The position numbers and the translations under genes were made by a program. Shown here in pieces: positions 8,498 to 18,600 of a DNA stretch of 37,240 nucleotides. Each line of letters starts with the position of its first letter. The first letter of the stretch is position 1. The DNA is taken from the NCBI GenBank assembly GCA_045863855.1, contig BTVV01000057.1, forward strand, positions 1 through 37,240, given 5' to 3'. The stretch comes from Planctomycetota bacterium. Lineage in GTDB: Bacteria; Planctomycetota; SZUA-567; H5-PLA8. The notes below the pieces were generated by a model, which saw only the letters and a list, made by a program, of their open reading frames with translations, searched no databases and was not told where the DNA came from.

Positions 8498-9277
8498 TTA
8501 GATGCAGCCGGCGAACGAGCGGCCGCGCAGCGCGACCGACTCGCAGGGCTTGGACGGGTCGCGCGGCTTCCACTGCGCGCTGGCGTAGTGCGTGACCAGG
8601 GCGCGGCGGCGGAAAGCGGTTTTGTTCGGGCCGGACATGTGGAAAAGCCGGTTATGGAAGAGGACCGCGCTGCCGGCCGGCAGAGGGACAGCTAAACCCT
8701 CGTCGCGCTTCGTGCCTTCGGCTTCCAGGAAGCCGGCGTTAAGGTGGTTCACGTCCTTGGGCACGTGGTGGTTCACCAGCGGACCGTGGTGCGAACCGGG
8801 GATCACCCAGAGACAGCCGTTTTCAACCGTCGCATCGTCCAGGGCGATCCAGACCGCCACCCCTTCGGAAGGCGTGTAGTTGAAGTACCAGCCGTCCTGG
8901 TGGTAGGGCTGCCACTGGCCGTGATGCGGCGGCTTCATGATCAGTTGCTGCGCGTAGGCCTTCAGGTCCGGGCCGAGGAGTTCTTCGACGAGATCCAATT
9001 CGGGCATGCGGTCGAGCAGCGCGCGGAAGTACGCGTCGTGCTTGTACGAATGATGCAGTTTGAAAACACCCAATTCGCGGTCGGTCTCGCTGAGCTTCAC
9101 GACGCCTTCCTTGATCTGCCGATCCCAGCAGACGCCTTTTTGGTCTTGCCCGTAGGGGCAAGCCGCCACGATGCGCGAAGTTTCGGCGCAGACTTCGCGG
9201 ACGAATTCGGGCGTAAGCAGGTCGGGCAGGATCAGGAATCCGTCGCGCTGGTATTGTTCGAGTTGCGTGGGGTGCAT
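8498..9277 (-). CDS. Phytanoyl-CoA dioxygenase family (PhyH) Fe(II)/2-oxoglutarate oxygenase
   Basis: YQRDGFL, YHQD (HxD), WIALDDATVENGCLWVIPGSH, FHMSGPN, distal RRA; ATG 9277 with GGAG upstream. Confidence 0.92.
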   Translation of the reverse strand: MHPTQLEQYQRDGFLILPDLLTPEFVREVCAETSRIVAACPYGQDQKGVCWDRQIKEGVVKLSETDRELGVFKLHHSYKHDAYFRALLDRMPELDLVEELLGPDLKAYAQQLIMKPPHHGQWQPYHQDGWYFNYTPSEGVAVWIALDDATVENGCLWVIPGSHHGPLVNHHVPKDVNHLNAGFLEAEGTKRDEGLAVPLPAGSAVLFHNRLFHMSGPNKTAFRRRALVTHYASAQWKPRDPSKPCESVALRGRSFAGCI

Positions 9278-9391
9278 GGTTCGGCTTCTCCAAGTGACCA
9301 ATTATGTGCTTCGATAAAGATCTATACCCTTTCGTAACTACTATATCCATCATTGGGTTGTGCATAGATTTGCTGAAATATTAACGATTCT

Positions 9392-9400
9392 TGCTATAAT
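9392..9400 (+). promoter_or_regulatory. Extended -10 promoter element for the AraC-family gene
   Basis: TGCTATAAT ends 6 nt before ATG 9407; no Shine-Dalgarno sequence. Confidence 0.6.
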
Positions 9401-9406
9401 CCGGGC

Positions 9407-10243
9407 ATGGCCAAGCGACCCTTCTACACCTTGCAGCTGACCCCTCCGCCGGACTTGTTGGCGCGACTGGCGGTGGTCTCGATCGGGCATTTCCAATTCG
9501 ACGGCCCGCGGCAAGGTCAGCGCCTGCAAGGTTGGCATGTCGAACACCTGCACTACACGCTCGCCGGCGGCGCCGTGGCGCAGATCGCGGGTCAGACCTA
9601 TCGCGCGCGGGCGGGGTCGCTCTGGTTTACGCCCAAGGACCAGCCCTATACCTACGCCACCGATCCGGAAACCGGCTTCTGGGAAGGCTTGTGGATCGAG
9701 TTTGACGGAGCGTGGGTGCGCGAGGCTTGGCGCATGCTGGGCTTGGACGGCGTTATTCATGTGCCTAACGCGTACGAGGCTGGGCGGGTGGTGGAGGCGA
9801 TCCACGCGCGGCTTAGGAGTGGCGGCGAAGCTGCGTTGTACGAGTCGAGCGCGCAGTTGCTGGAGCTCTTCGCGCTGCTGCGCCGCATCGCTCATGCTCA
9901 GCCCGGCCGGCGCGATGCCGGCAGCGCCGCGGTCGCGAATGCACAAGCCTACGCGCGGGAGCATCTCGCCGACCCGCTCGATCTTGGCGCGCTGGCGAAG
10001 ATCGCGCATCTCAGTCCGCACCATTTCGCACGGCTGTTTCATGCGCACACCGGCTTCACGCCGCTGCATTGGCTGCGTTCGGAGCGAGTCGGACGCGCGC
10101 AGGAACTCTTTCGCCAAGGCGGTTTGAACGTATCGGAAGTTGGGCGGGCGGTGGGCTACCCCGTGGTGCAGCAGTTTTCGCGTGTTTTCAAACGTGCGAC
10201 GGGGATTGGGCCGCGGCAGTTCGTGCGCTCGCTGCCGCGCTGA
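9407..10243 (+). CDS. AraC-family transcriptional regulator
   Basis: N-terminal cupin-like domain; double HTH (LAKIAHLSPHHFARLF...VGRAVGY...FSRVFKRATGIGP); divergent from the PhyH gene. Confidence 0.93.
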   Translation: MAKRPFYTLQLTPPPDLLARLAVVSIGHFQFDGPRQGQRLQGWHVEHLHYTLAGGAVAQIAGQTYRARAGSLWFTPKDQPYTYATDPETGFWEGLWIEFDGAWVREAWRMLGLDGVIHVPNAYEAGRVVEAIHARLRSGGEAALYESSAQLLELFALLRRIAHAQPGRRDAGSAAVANAQAYAREHLADPLDLGALAKIAHLSPHHFARLFHAHTGFTPLHWLRSERVGRAQELFRQGGLNVSEVGRAVGYPVVQQFSRVFKRATGIGPRQFVRSLPR

Positions 10244-10342
10244 ATTGCCCGAAGTGCAGCCCTCATTCTTTTAAACCTCGGTAACGCGAATGCCGTTCGC
10301 GTATCCCACCAGTGCGTTGGATTCCCAATCTACGGAGGCTGG

Positions 10343-12223
10343 ATGATGCGCGCATATCTGCTTTGGGTGCTGGTGGTCTGTTCGACGTGCTGGGCGGGAA
10401 GCAGTCTCGATCCGGTTTTGAAAGGCCCCGAAGGGCAGCGCGCATTCGACGAGTTGGGGAAGTATTACGCGAATAACAAGTCCGAGACCGGACTGAATCA
10501 AGCGCTGGCCGACCTGAAGGGAGCCGATGCGGTCAAACGGAAAGCGGCGGGGGCCTATCTGCATGCGCTCCTGATGCAGCTTTTCGCCGACGAGAGCAAC
10601 GGACGGGCGCCGTGGAAGAGCACGCCGTTCTTCGGCGGGCGGCCGATCTGCGATGCGCGCGAGTACCGCAAGGCGGTGGCCAAGGCCGTGGGCGAGCAAG
10701 CCGGCGGTGCGGAATCGCTGGCGGCTATCGAATGGCTGCTCTTCGAAGAGAAGGATGCACCGAACCAAGCCGCGGGGATGCAGGCGCTGGAACGCCTGGA
10801 AGGTCCGGCGGCGGCGGAGTTGTTCAAGAAGCTGCTGGCGCAGCCGCACCCGAATGCGAAGGTCGCGGAGAAGGTCGTAGCGTTGGCCGGCCAGCGCAAA
10901 ATGAAGGACTTGGCGCCGGAAATGGTGAAGCTGTGCGGGCATTACCGGACGAGCGTGCGTGAAGCGGCGCGCGCGGCGGCGCCGGATGCGGGTGTGGCGA
11001 AGCCACCCGCGTATGCCGCGGAAACCGCGTTCACGCCGTGGCTGGAAGGACAGTTGGAGCAGATCCGCAAGTGCGTGGCGTACGAGATTCCTTCGAACGC
11101 GTCGTTCATGAAATTCACGCCGAAGGGCGAGAAGGCTCGATCCTTCGGGGCGTTCGTGGTGTTGGAAGAGCAGCGTGGCGGCTACCACGTGATCGACTGG
11201 TGGGGGCGCTCGCAGAAGCTGGCGCACGATCAGGTCAAGGCCGAACCGTGGTCGCTGGCAGCGGCGGCGAAGGAATTGACCGAATGGCGCGCCAACGCAA
11301 AGCAGCCCCGAGACGTGGTGGAAAAACTTTCGCGCGAAGGCGGCATGACGGGCCAGTTCGAGCCGAACTTCGTGGCGTTGCCCGAAGCGCTGGTTGGCGC
11401 GTGGGCGGTCGAAAAAGGCGAGAAGGCCGCGGCGGCGGCGCTTCTGTTTCCGCGCCTGGACGCGATGGCCGACGACCGCTGGCTGGCGTGGGTCGCCCGC
11501 GATCTGCTGGGGCATCCGTACTTCCAGAAGATGCTCCATCATTTCTCGCACGAACGGGATTACGGCGCTGCGCTGAAGCTCGCCCTGCACCTCTCGCAGC
11601 CGATATTCGACGAGTACACGTATCAGGACGAAGCGCAGAAGCTGGCGGGGGAACTGGCCAAGCGCGGCGACGACTTCAAATCCTTCAAGCTTCTGACGCC
11701 CGCCGAATGGAAAACCCTCCAGGTGAAACTGGACCGCTCCGCACAGGTCGCGTACCTGGCCGAGCGCTTGAAGCTCTTGAATTGCATTCAAATGAGCCAG
11801 CCCGGCGACGTGAATTACGCCGACAAGCAGTTCGCCGAGCCCTATGCGCTGGGCGGCAAGACCGAGGTGATCAATCCGTTCAACGAGTTGCGCGCCATGA
11901 ACCTCCAGCCCCAGGATCTCGCCGCGCTGGCGCCGTTCGTGAAAGACGATGCATACATTCCTTCGTTCGGCTACTGGCGTGACTTTCACCACAAGCGCAC
12001 GATTCATCGCGTGAACTTCGTCGTGGCGGCGGTGCTCAACGAGGCGGCGAAGAAGGACCTTGCCAAGCTGGGAGAGTGGAGCGGGCTCGACGAAGCCGCG
12101 AAGCAGAAGCACATCGACGGGATTCTGGCGTGGTGCGAAGCCAACAAGGGCAAGACGCGTGAGCAGTTGCCCGACGAACTGCCCAAGCAGCCGCAAGGCG
12201 GCATGCGGATCGACGCTCCGTAG
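10343..12223 (+). CDS. Secreted hypothetical protein, alpha-helical/HEAT-like
   Basis: GGAGG RBS, signal-peptide-like N-terminus (MMRAYLLWVLVVCSTCWA), 626 codons with typical usage; no family recognised. Confidence 0.8.
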   Translation: MMRAYLLWVLVVCSTCWAGSSLDPVLKGPEGQRAFDELGKYYANNKSETGLNQALADLKGADAVKRKAAGAYLHALLMQLFADESNGRAPWKSTPFFGGRPICDAREYRKAVAKAVGEQAGGAESLAAIEWLLFEEKDAPNQAAGMQALERLEGPAAAELFKKLLAQPHPNAKVAEKVVALAGQRKMKDLAPEMVKLCGHYRTSVREAARAAAPDAGVAKPPAYAAETAFTPWLEGQLEQIRKCVAYEIPSNASFMKFTPKGEKARSFGAFVVLEEQRGGYHVIDWWGRSQKLAHDQVKAEPWSLAAAAKELTEWRANAKQPRDVVEKLSREGGMTGQFEPNFVALPEALVGAWAVEKGEKAAAAALLFPRLDAMADDRWLAWVARDLLGHPYFQKMLHHFSHERDYGAALKLALHLSQPIFDEYTYQDEAQKLAGELAKRGDDFKSFKLLTPAEWKTLQVKLDRSAQVAYLAERLKLLNCIQMSQPGDVNYADKQFAEPYALGGKTEVINPFNELRAMNLQPQDLAALAPFVKDDAYIPSFGYWRDFHHKRTIHRVNFVVAAVLNEAAKKDLAKLGEWSGLDEAAKQKHIDGILAWCEANKGKTREQLPDELPKQPQGGMRIDAP

Positions 12224-12302
12224 GCCGCGGCCGCCGCGCGGCTCCGCAGCCGGAATTCGGCCCTTCCGCTGGACGCTTTCGCCCATCGGTTATCTTGGGG
12301 GC

Positions 12303-15300
12303 ATGGCGGACGCGGGCACGATCACGATTTATCCCTCGGCGCTGGCGCGCGACGCGGCATTGGATGCGCGCGCGACCGCTCAAGGCGGAGCGGCTTGGGC
12401 CGAGGATGACCTGACCTTTCAGCAGTGGCTTCTACGCCTCGACCGGGCGCTGCCGCGTTCGGGCGACACGATTCCCCACGAGTTGAGCGAACCTGCGCGG
12501 CTGGCGCTGCTGCGCGAGGTCTGGCTGGCTTGCGCGGCCCGGGACGGAGCGCTGCCGGCGTCGTGGCGCGAGCCGACGCGCGGCGCGCTGGAGGCGCTGG
12601 CGCGGCTGGTGGCGGCGTGGAAAGGCGCGGGGTTGCGTCCGGAAGACACGCGGCGCGCGGCGGAGGCGCTCGAGCCGTCTGCCGCACATCTGGCCGCGAC
12701 GCTACGCCCGCTGGCGGCCATTTGGAGCGCGTACGAAGACGCGCTGGGCTCGGCATGGACCGATCGCGAGGGCTGGCAGCAGGATGTGTTGGCGCGTCTG
12801 CGCGCGGCCTCCAAGCTGCCACCCGGTTTGATCGGGGCCAAGGCCGAGATTCTGGTGCAGGATACGCTGCGGCTGCCGCCATTTCAGCGCGCGGTCTGGA
12901 CGCGCTTGATCGAACTGGGCGCACGCGTGCGGGTACGGCCCGCGGTGGATGCGAGCGATCCACAACCGACCGTTGGAGCCCTGGTTTCGTTGCTTCCGAC
13001 GGAGAGCCGTTTGCGCGAGGCGTACGAACCGGCGGAGACGAAACCAGCGCCGAATAAACTTGAGCGCTGGGTGGCGCCGACGCCTTACGCCGAGATTTAC
13101 GAGATCGGCCGGCGTGTGAAGGCGTGGCTGGAGGCGGGGGCTGCTCAAGCGCACGAGATCGCCGTCGTCTTCCGCGACTTGGGTCCGTACAGCCAGTTCC
13201 TCGCCGATGTGTTTCGACGATTGGGCTTGCCTTATTACGAGCGGCGTGGCGAGCCGCTGCGCTTTCAGCCGCTGGTGCGGGTGGCGTTGACCGCGTTGGA
13301 GGCCGCGCGCGACGGGTTGGACGCGGAAGGCGTGTTCCGCTTTCTGTGCGCGGGGCCGGTGGATGCGGCGGCGCTGGCCGGCGAACGCGAGCCGCTCGAT
13401 CCGTTCGCGCTGCGTGCGCTGGCGCTGGACGCGCGGGTGGGCCGCTTGTATGGAGCGGACCGCCATCGTGCCGCCGAAGTCTGGGCGCGAAAGCTCGATG
13501 CGTACGAAGCCTATCGCACGGGAGCGGGGAAGAAGGTCGATTTGCGCGCAGTTCGCGCGCTTAAGTCGATCGTGCGGAGGCTGGAAATCTTAAGCACGCC
13601 GCGCACGCGGACCGAGTTTGTGGAAGCGTGGCGAACCTTCTGGAAGGATGCGGGGTTTGCAGTGGGCGGCGTGCCGAACGAAGCACGCGATGCGGCGAGC
13701 TTGCGGAACTTCTATACGGCGCTGGATGCCTGCGCCGAAGGCCCCGGCGCTCGGTCCGAGCGGCTGAAGCTCGATGAATTTGCGGAACTCTTCGAAAGCG
13801 TGCTGGGTGGCGAGAACCTGACGCTTGAGGGAAACGACCGAGCCGGCGGCGTGCGGGTGCTGAACCTCTACGATTTGCGCGGGTTGAGTTTCAAGAAGGC
13901 GATTCTGGCCGGCCTGATGGAAGCGCATTTTCCGGCGCTCCCAGGCGCCGATGCGCTGCTGGGCGGCGGCATCGCCGGACCGTTGCGCCGCGCGTTCGCC
14001 CAAGCCGCGCCTCAAGCCGGGCCGTTGGCCGGCATCGAACCCCGGCTGCGCGAAGAGGCCTACGAAGACGAGCGCGCGCTGCTGGCGCTGGCGTGGCGCG
14101 CGGCGGCCGGCGGGGAACTGTGGCTGACGCGGAGCAAAACCGATGCGGACGGCAAACCCGCGGGCGCGAGCGTCTTCTGGGACGAGGACGCGTTTCGGGA
14201 GATCCAGGAAGAACCCGCCGCGTCGGTGCGTCCGGCCCCGCCGCTTCCGCGCTGCGTGCTTCCTGAAGAAGCCGAGTTGCGCGCGGCCTGGATCTTGGGT
14301 GGCGGCGGCAGCGGACCTGAGCGGGAGGCCGAGCGCGCGAGCGCGGCTGCTTTGACGCAGCCGCCGGCGGGCCGGCTGCGCACACTGGCTGCGCGCGCAC
14401 AGATCGAGCACCGCCGGCGAACCTTTTTCGATGCAAAAGCTCCCGAGCAGGCCGACGAAGGCTCCAGTGCGCAGGTGGCGGCCGGCGCCTTTGATGGCGA
14501 TGTAGGTAAGGATGCGCCCGAAGCGGCCGGGATGCTGGCTCGGCGCTGGCTCACCGAAGCCGGCGCGGCGCAGACACAACCGATGGCGCCCACGGCGATC
14601 GAGACGCTCGCGCGGTGCGGATTTCGGTTCCTGTCCGAACGCCTGTACGGCGCGCGCGACCAAGAGGAGCCCGAAGAGGAACTCTCGCCGCTCGCGCGGG
14701 GCAGTCTGTGGCATACCGTTTTGCAACGCTTCTACGAGGCGGAACTTCATGCCGCGCGGGACGCGGGCGGCTACGTCGCGATTCTGGATCCCGCCCGCCG
14801 CGTGGCCTATCTGAACCGGTTGGAGGCGTTGGCGCGCGAAGCGTGCGCCGAGGCCGAAGCGGATCACTTCACAGGCCAACCGGGCTTGTGGAAACTCCAG
14901 CGAACTCAGCTAGAAGCAGGGCTGGGCGTGTGGCTGGAACACGAGTTCGCCGAACTGGAACGCGGAGGCTCTGACGCGTATCGGCCGGCGTTCGTGGAGT
15001 TCGCATTCGGCCCGAAGCGTTCGGATGCACGCGGTTCCATGCACGGCGCGGCGGTGGAAGTGCGCATCCCCGATCCTGGCGGAGCGCGAACGCTCCTGCT
15101 GGAAGGGCGCTTCGACCGGCTGGACTTATGTGTGGACGATCCGCGATCGCGTGTGCCGCTCGTGCGCGGCCTGCGGTTGGTGGATTACAAGACCGGGCGT
15201 GGCGCGTACCTTCGCGAGGCGCTGCAACCGGAGGCTCTGGAAGCGTTGCTGAACGCGCAGCTACCGGTTTACATGGCGGCGGCGGTACAGTTCCTGCGCT

Positions 15301-15650
15301 CCGAAGCAGCCGCTAATAAATTACGCGTGGATTGGGACGCGTTGTGGGAGCGCAGCACCGCGGCGTATTACGCGCTGGGCGATTTGCCGGAAGCCCGGCG
15401 CGCGGGCAAGTCGGCGCTGCTGGCGCCCAAGGCGTGGCCCGGCGATTCGCTGCGCGCGTTTGTGGACGGAGCCGACGGCACGGAGGCGCTGCTTTTCGAG
15501 GCCGTACGGGCACGCGTCGCGGAAGCGCTCTCTGGCCGCTTCGCGGTCAGGCCGCTCGAATGCGGCGGAACCCATTGTGCGGCGCGCTTTGCGTGCCGCT
15601 ACCGCGAGGTTCCGGGCGCCACGGATTCTCCATCGGCAGGGGAGGGTTGA
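12303..15650 (+). CDS. addB: AddB-like subunit (degenerate helicase scaffold plus PD-(D/E)XK nuclease)
   Basis: EIAVVFRD, RGLSF, LARCGFRF, GSLWH, EGRFDRLD, LVDYKTG, QLPVY, terminal Cys cluster; directly upstream of addA; start reset to ATG 12303. Confidence 0.8.
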   Translation: MADAGTITIYPSALARDAALDARATAQGGAAWAEDDLTFQQWLLRLDRALPRSGDTIPHELSEPARLALLREVWLACAARDGALPASWREPTRGALEALARLVAAWKGAGLRPEDTRRAAEALEPSAAHLAATLRPLAAIWSAYEDALGSAWTDREGWQQDVLARLRAASKLPPGLIGAKAEILVQDTLRLPPFQRAVWTRLIELGARVRVRPAVDASDPQPTVGALVSLLPTESRLREAYEPAETKPAPNKLERWVAPTPYAEIYEIGRRVKAWLEAGAAQAHEIAVVFRDLGPYSQFLADVFRRLGLPYYERRGEPLRFQPLVRVALTALEAARDGLDAEGVFRFLCAGPVDAAALAGEREPLDPFALRALALDARVGRLYGADRHRAAEVWARKLDAYEAYRTGAGKKVDLRAVRALKSIVRRLEILSTPRTRTEFVEAWRTFWKDAGFAVGGVPNEARDAASLRNFYTALDACAEGPGARSERLKLDEFAELFESVLGGENLTLEGNDRAGGVRVLNLYDLRGLSFKKAILAGLMEAHFPALPGADALLGGGIAGPLRRAFAQAAPQAGPLAGIEPRLREEAYEDERALLALAWRAAAGGELWLTRSKTDADGKPAGASVFWDEDAFREIQEEPAASVRPAPPLPRCVLPEEAELRAAWILGGGGSGPEREAERASAAALTQPPAGRLRTLAARAQIEHRRRTFFDAKAPEQADEGSSAQVAAGAFDGDVGKDAPEAAGMLARRWLTEAGAAQTQPMAPTAIETLARCGFRFLSERLYGARDQEEPEEELSPLARGSLWHTVLQRFYEAELHAARDAGGYVAILDPARRVAYLNRLEALAREACAEAEADHFTGQPGLWKLQRTQLEAGLGVWLEHEFAELERGGSDAYRPAFVEFAFGPKRSDARGSMHGAAVEVRIPDPGGARTLLLEGRFDRLDLCVDDPRSRVPLVRGLRLVDYKTGRGAYLREALQPEALEALLNAQLPVYMAAAVQFLRSEAAANKLRVDWDALWERSTAAYYALGDLPEARRAGKSALLAPKAWPGDSLRAFVDGADGTEALLFEAVRARVAEALSGRFAVRPLECGGTHCAARFACRYREVPGATDSPSAGEG

Positions 15651-15653
15651 CGC

Positions 15654-18600
15654 ATGGCCCGCCGATCCCCGCCGCCGGCCGACTCGAGCCTGTTCGACGC
15701 GAGGCCCGAGCCGCTCTCCGATTCGATGAACCTATCGGAGGAGCAACGGCGCGCATTCGGCCACCCGGAGAGCCGTGTAATCTCGGCCAGCGCGGGCACG
15801 GGCAAGACGCATACGCTTTCGGCGATTTATCTTGGACTCCTGCAGGGCCGGGTGCCGTTCGACGGAATGGACGCGGACGCGCAGCTGGGCCTGCGCCCGC
15901 CGCAGATCGTCGCGGTAACCTTTACGGAAAAGGCGGCTACGGAATTGCGCGAGCGCATCCGCATCCGCCTGGAAGAACTGCGCCGCTTGGAACCCGATCC
16001 GGTTCGGCGCGCTCATCTCGACCGTTGCCGGCATGAGCTGCCCGGCGCTCCGATTCAGACGATTCACGGCTTTTGCCGCACGCTGTTGGGCGAAGCCGGC
16101 GCGCAAGCGGACGTGCCGCGCGGCTTCGGAATGCTCGAGCCGGCGGACAGCCGCGATCTGGAAGAACGCGCGTATCGCGAGACGCTGGCCGACGCCCTCG
16201 ATAACGAGTCCGACCCGTTGCTGGAACAACTGGCGCGCGAATGGGGCGTGCAGAATGCGTTCGGCGGCGGGGTGTTGGAAGTCGCGCGCACGCTGGCGCG
16301 GCAACTGGCGCGCCACGTTCGGACGCCCGAAGAGTTGCTGGAAGCCGGCCATCCCGAACGCGAACAGTCCGATCTGTGCGCGCGCATCGAAGCGATTCAC
16401 GCCACCATCGCGGCGGCTCCGCCGAAAGGGCGATCGGTGCCGTCGGAGGAACTGCGGCAACTCGTGTCGGCGGGCGTACCGGAAGGCACGTCCGAAAGGA
16501 TGCGGCGGCACGTGCACGCGCTGTTGAGCGGCGCGTGCAACGCGAGCGGCAAAGGTCTGCTGAAATGGGCCGAAAAGGCCGGTTTGGAGACTGAGTTCGC
16601 CGCGGCCTTGTCGGCCGCACACGCGCCGTATCGCGCGGCGCTGCTGCGCTACGCCGCGGCGGCGCGCGCGCGATATCGCGCCGAAAAGTTCAGGCGCGGC
16701 GCGCTAGATTTCGACGACCTGCTCGGCGAAGCCCGGGCGCTCCTTGCGCGCATACCCGCGCTGGCGGCGCGTTTTCGGTTCGTCCTGATCGACGAGTTTC
16801 AAGATACCGATCCGCTGCAGCGGGATATTCTCTTCCGCATCGCCTTCCCGCCTCATGGCCAGACTCAGCGCGCGCGCCCTCGGCTGGCGGTGGTGGGGGA
16901 CGAGAAACAGTCGATCTACCGTTTTCGCGGCGCGGAAGTCTCGATGATGCGGCAAGCCGGCGCGGAGCTTGCGCTCTGTCCGTTGCGCGAGAACTACCGC
17001 AGCCGCGGCGCGGTGCTTGATTACGTCAACGCGCTGTTCGAGCGGAGTGTCTGGCCTCCGGCTTCCAACGCAATCCTGGCTTACGACGCGAATCACCGGC
17101 TGGTGCGGCCTGCGTCGGCGCCGGAGCGGCACGGCTGGGACGGTCCGGCCGCGGAGTGGCTGGAAGCGCCCAAGACGGAAGGCGGCGAGCATGCAGAGCA
17201 GCGGCGCTGGCGGCAGGCGCGGCAACTGGCTCAGCGCATTCGCACGCTCGTCGCACCGCGCGAGAAAGCGGCGCTGCCTCGGCCGGTCATCTGGGAAAAG
17301 CGAGACGGGCGGTTCGAGCGGCGCGAATCGGTGCGCTACGGCGATATCGCGATCCTGGCGGGCAGCTTGCGGCATGTCCGGCTGCCGCTGGAGATCTGGC
17401 TTACCCGCTTCAACATTCCGTTTCGCATGCTTGGCGGCGCGAGCTTCTACATGCGCCAGGTTGTCTTGGATGTTCTGAATCTGCTGGCCGCGGCGGCCGA
17501 TCCGACCGATCGCGGGGCGCTGCTGGGCTTCCTGCGCTCGCCGTTCGTCCCGCTGTCCGACGGGTCGATCTTTCGGCTGGCTTTCGACGCTGCATCCTCG
17601 GAAGCGGCGCCGAAAATGGAATTGCTGGATCGCATCGCGGCGGGCGATACGCGGGGACTAGCCGGACCGGAAGCCGCGGCCTGTGCCCATGCGGCGGAGC
17701 TGCTGAAGGAACTGCGCGCACGAAAAGGCCGCGCTACGATCGCCGAATCGATCGACCGCGCTTGCCAAGCGACGGGGTTCCTGAGCGTGCTGGCGATGCA
17801 ACCGCAAGGAGAGGTTGGCGTGGCGGCGGTACGGCGCTTGATCGAGACCGCGCGGCGGTTCGAAGCACGCGGCGCGCAGACGCTGGGCGATTTTGTCGCG
17901 TGGCTGCGCGAACAGGCTGACGCCGAGCGCGACGATCCGGGCGGCGGTGAAGAGCGCCCCGACCTGGAGCCCGATCTGCCCGCCCACGAAGAAGCGGTAC
18001 ATATCGGGACGGTCCATAAAGCGAAGGGTCTGGAATTTCCCATCGTGATGCTGCCCGATTTGAGCGCACCGCCGAATGTGCGCCAGCCCGACGCGCTGTA
18101 TCGTCCCGAGTGCGGGTTGGGGCTGAGCCTGGGATTCGCGCGCGAGGGATTGCCCAAGCAAGGCGATGCGGCGTACGCGCGGGCGAAGGACGCCGAACGC
18201 GCCGCCGAGCGCGAGGAGTCCCAGCGGAGATTGTACGTGGCGCTGACGCGTGCGCGGGAGTACCTGGTTTTCTGCGACGATGCGCCGTACGCCAAGAAGC
18301 CCGCGAACTTCGACGAAACGTGGCTGGCCTGGCTGCGCGCCCACGAAGAGATTGCGGAACCGCTCGATCTTCCGGTGGCGTTGCGAGTGGCGTACGAGCA
18401 CCCCGATCTTCTCGCCGCCGCACCCGCGCCGTCGCCGAGCCTGCTCGATTGGGACGCCGATCCGCCCGCAGTGCGTGCCGGCGTTTCGCACGAGGCGGCT
18501 GAAGCCGAAGGGAAGCGCCTGCGTGCGCTCCTGGAGTCCGCGCAGACACTGCCCGCGCCGGCGGCACGCGCGCGCGTGGTCGAAGTCAGTGCGTCGGCGC

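Noticed and set aside
10271..12286. 671-aa minus-strand ORF
   Set aside because: Antisense shadow of the 10343-12223 gene, which has an RBS, signal peptide and normal codon bias; such shadows are expected at high GC
12060..12302. N-terminal extension of addB given in the ORF track
   Set aside because: Overlaps the upstream gene's 3' end; ATG 12303 is more plausible
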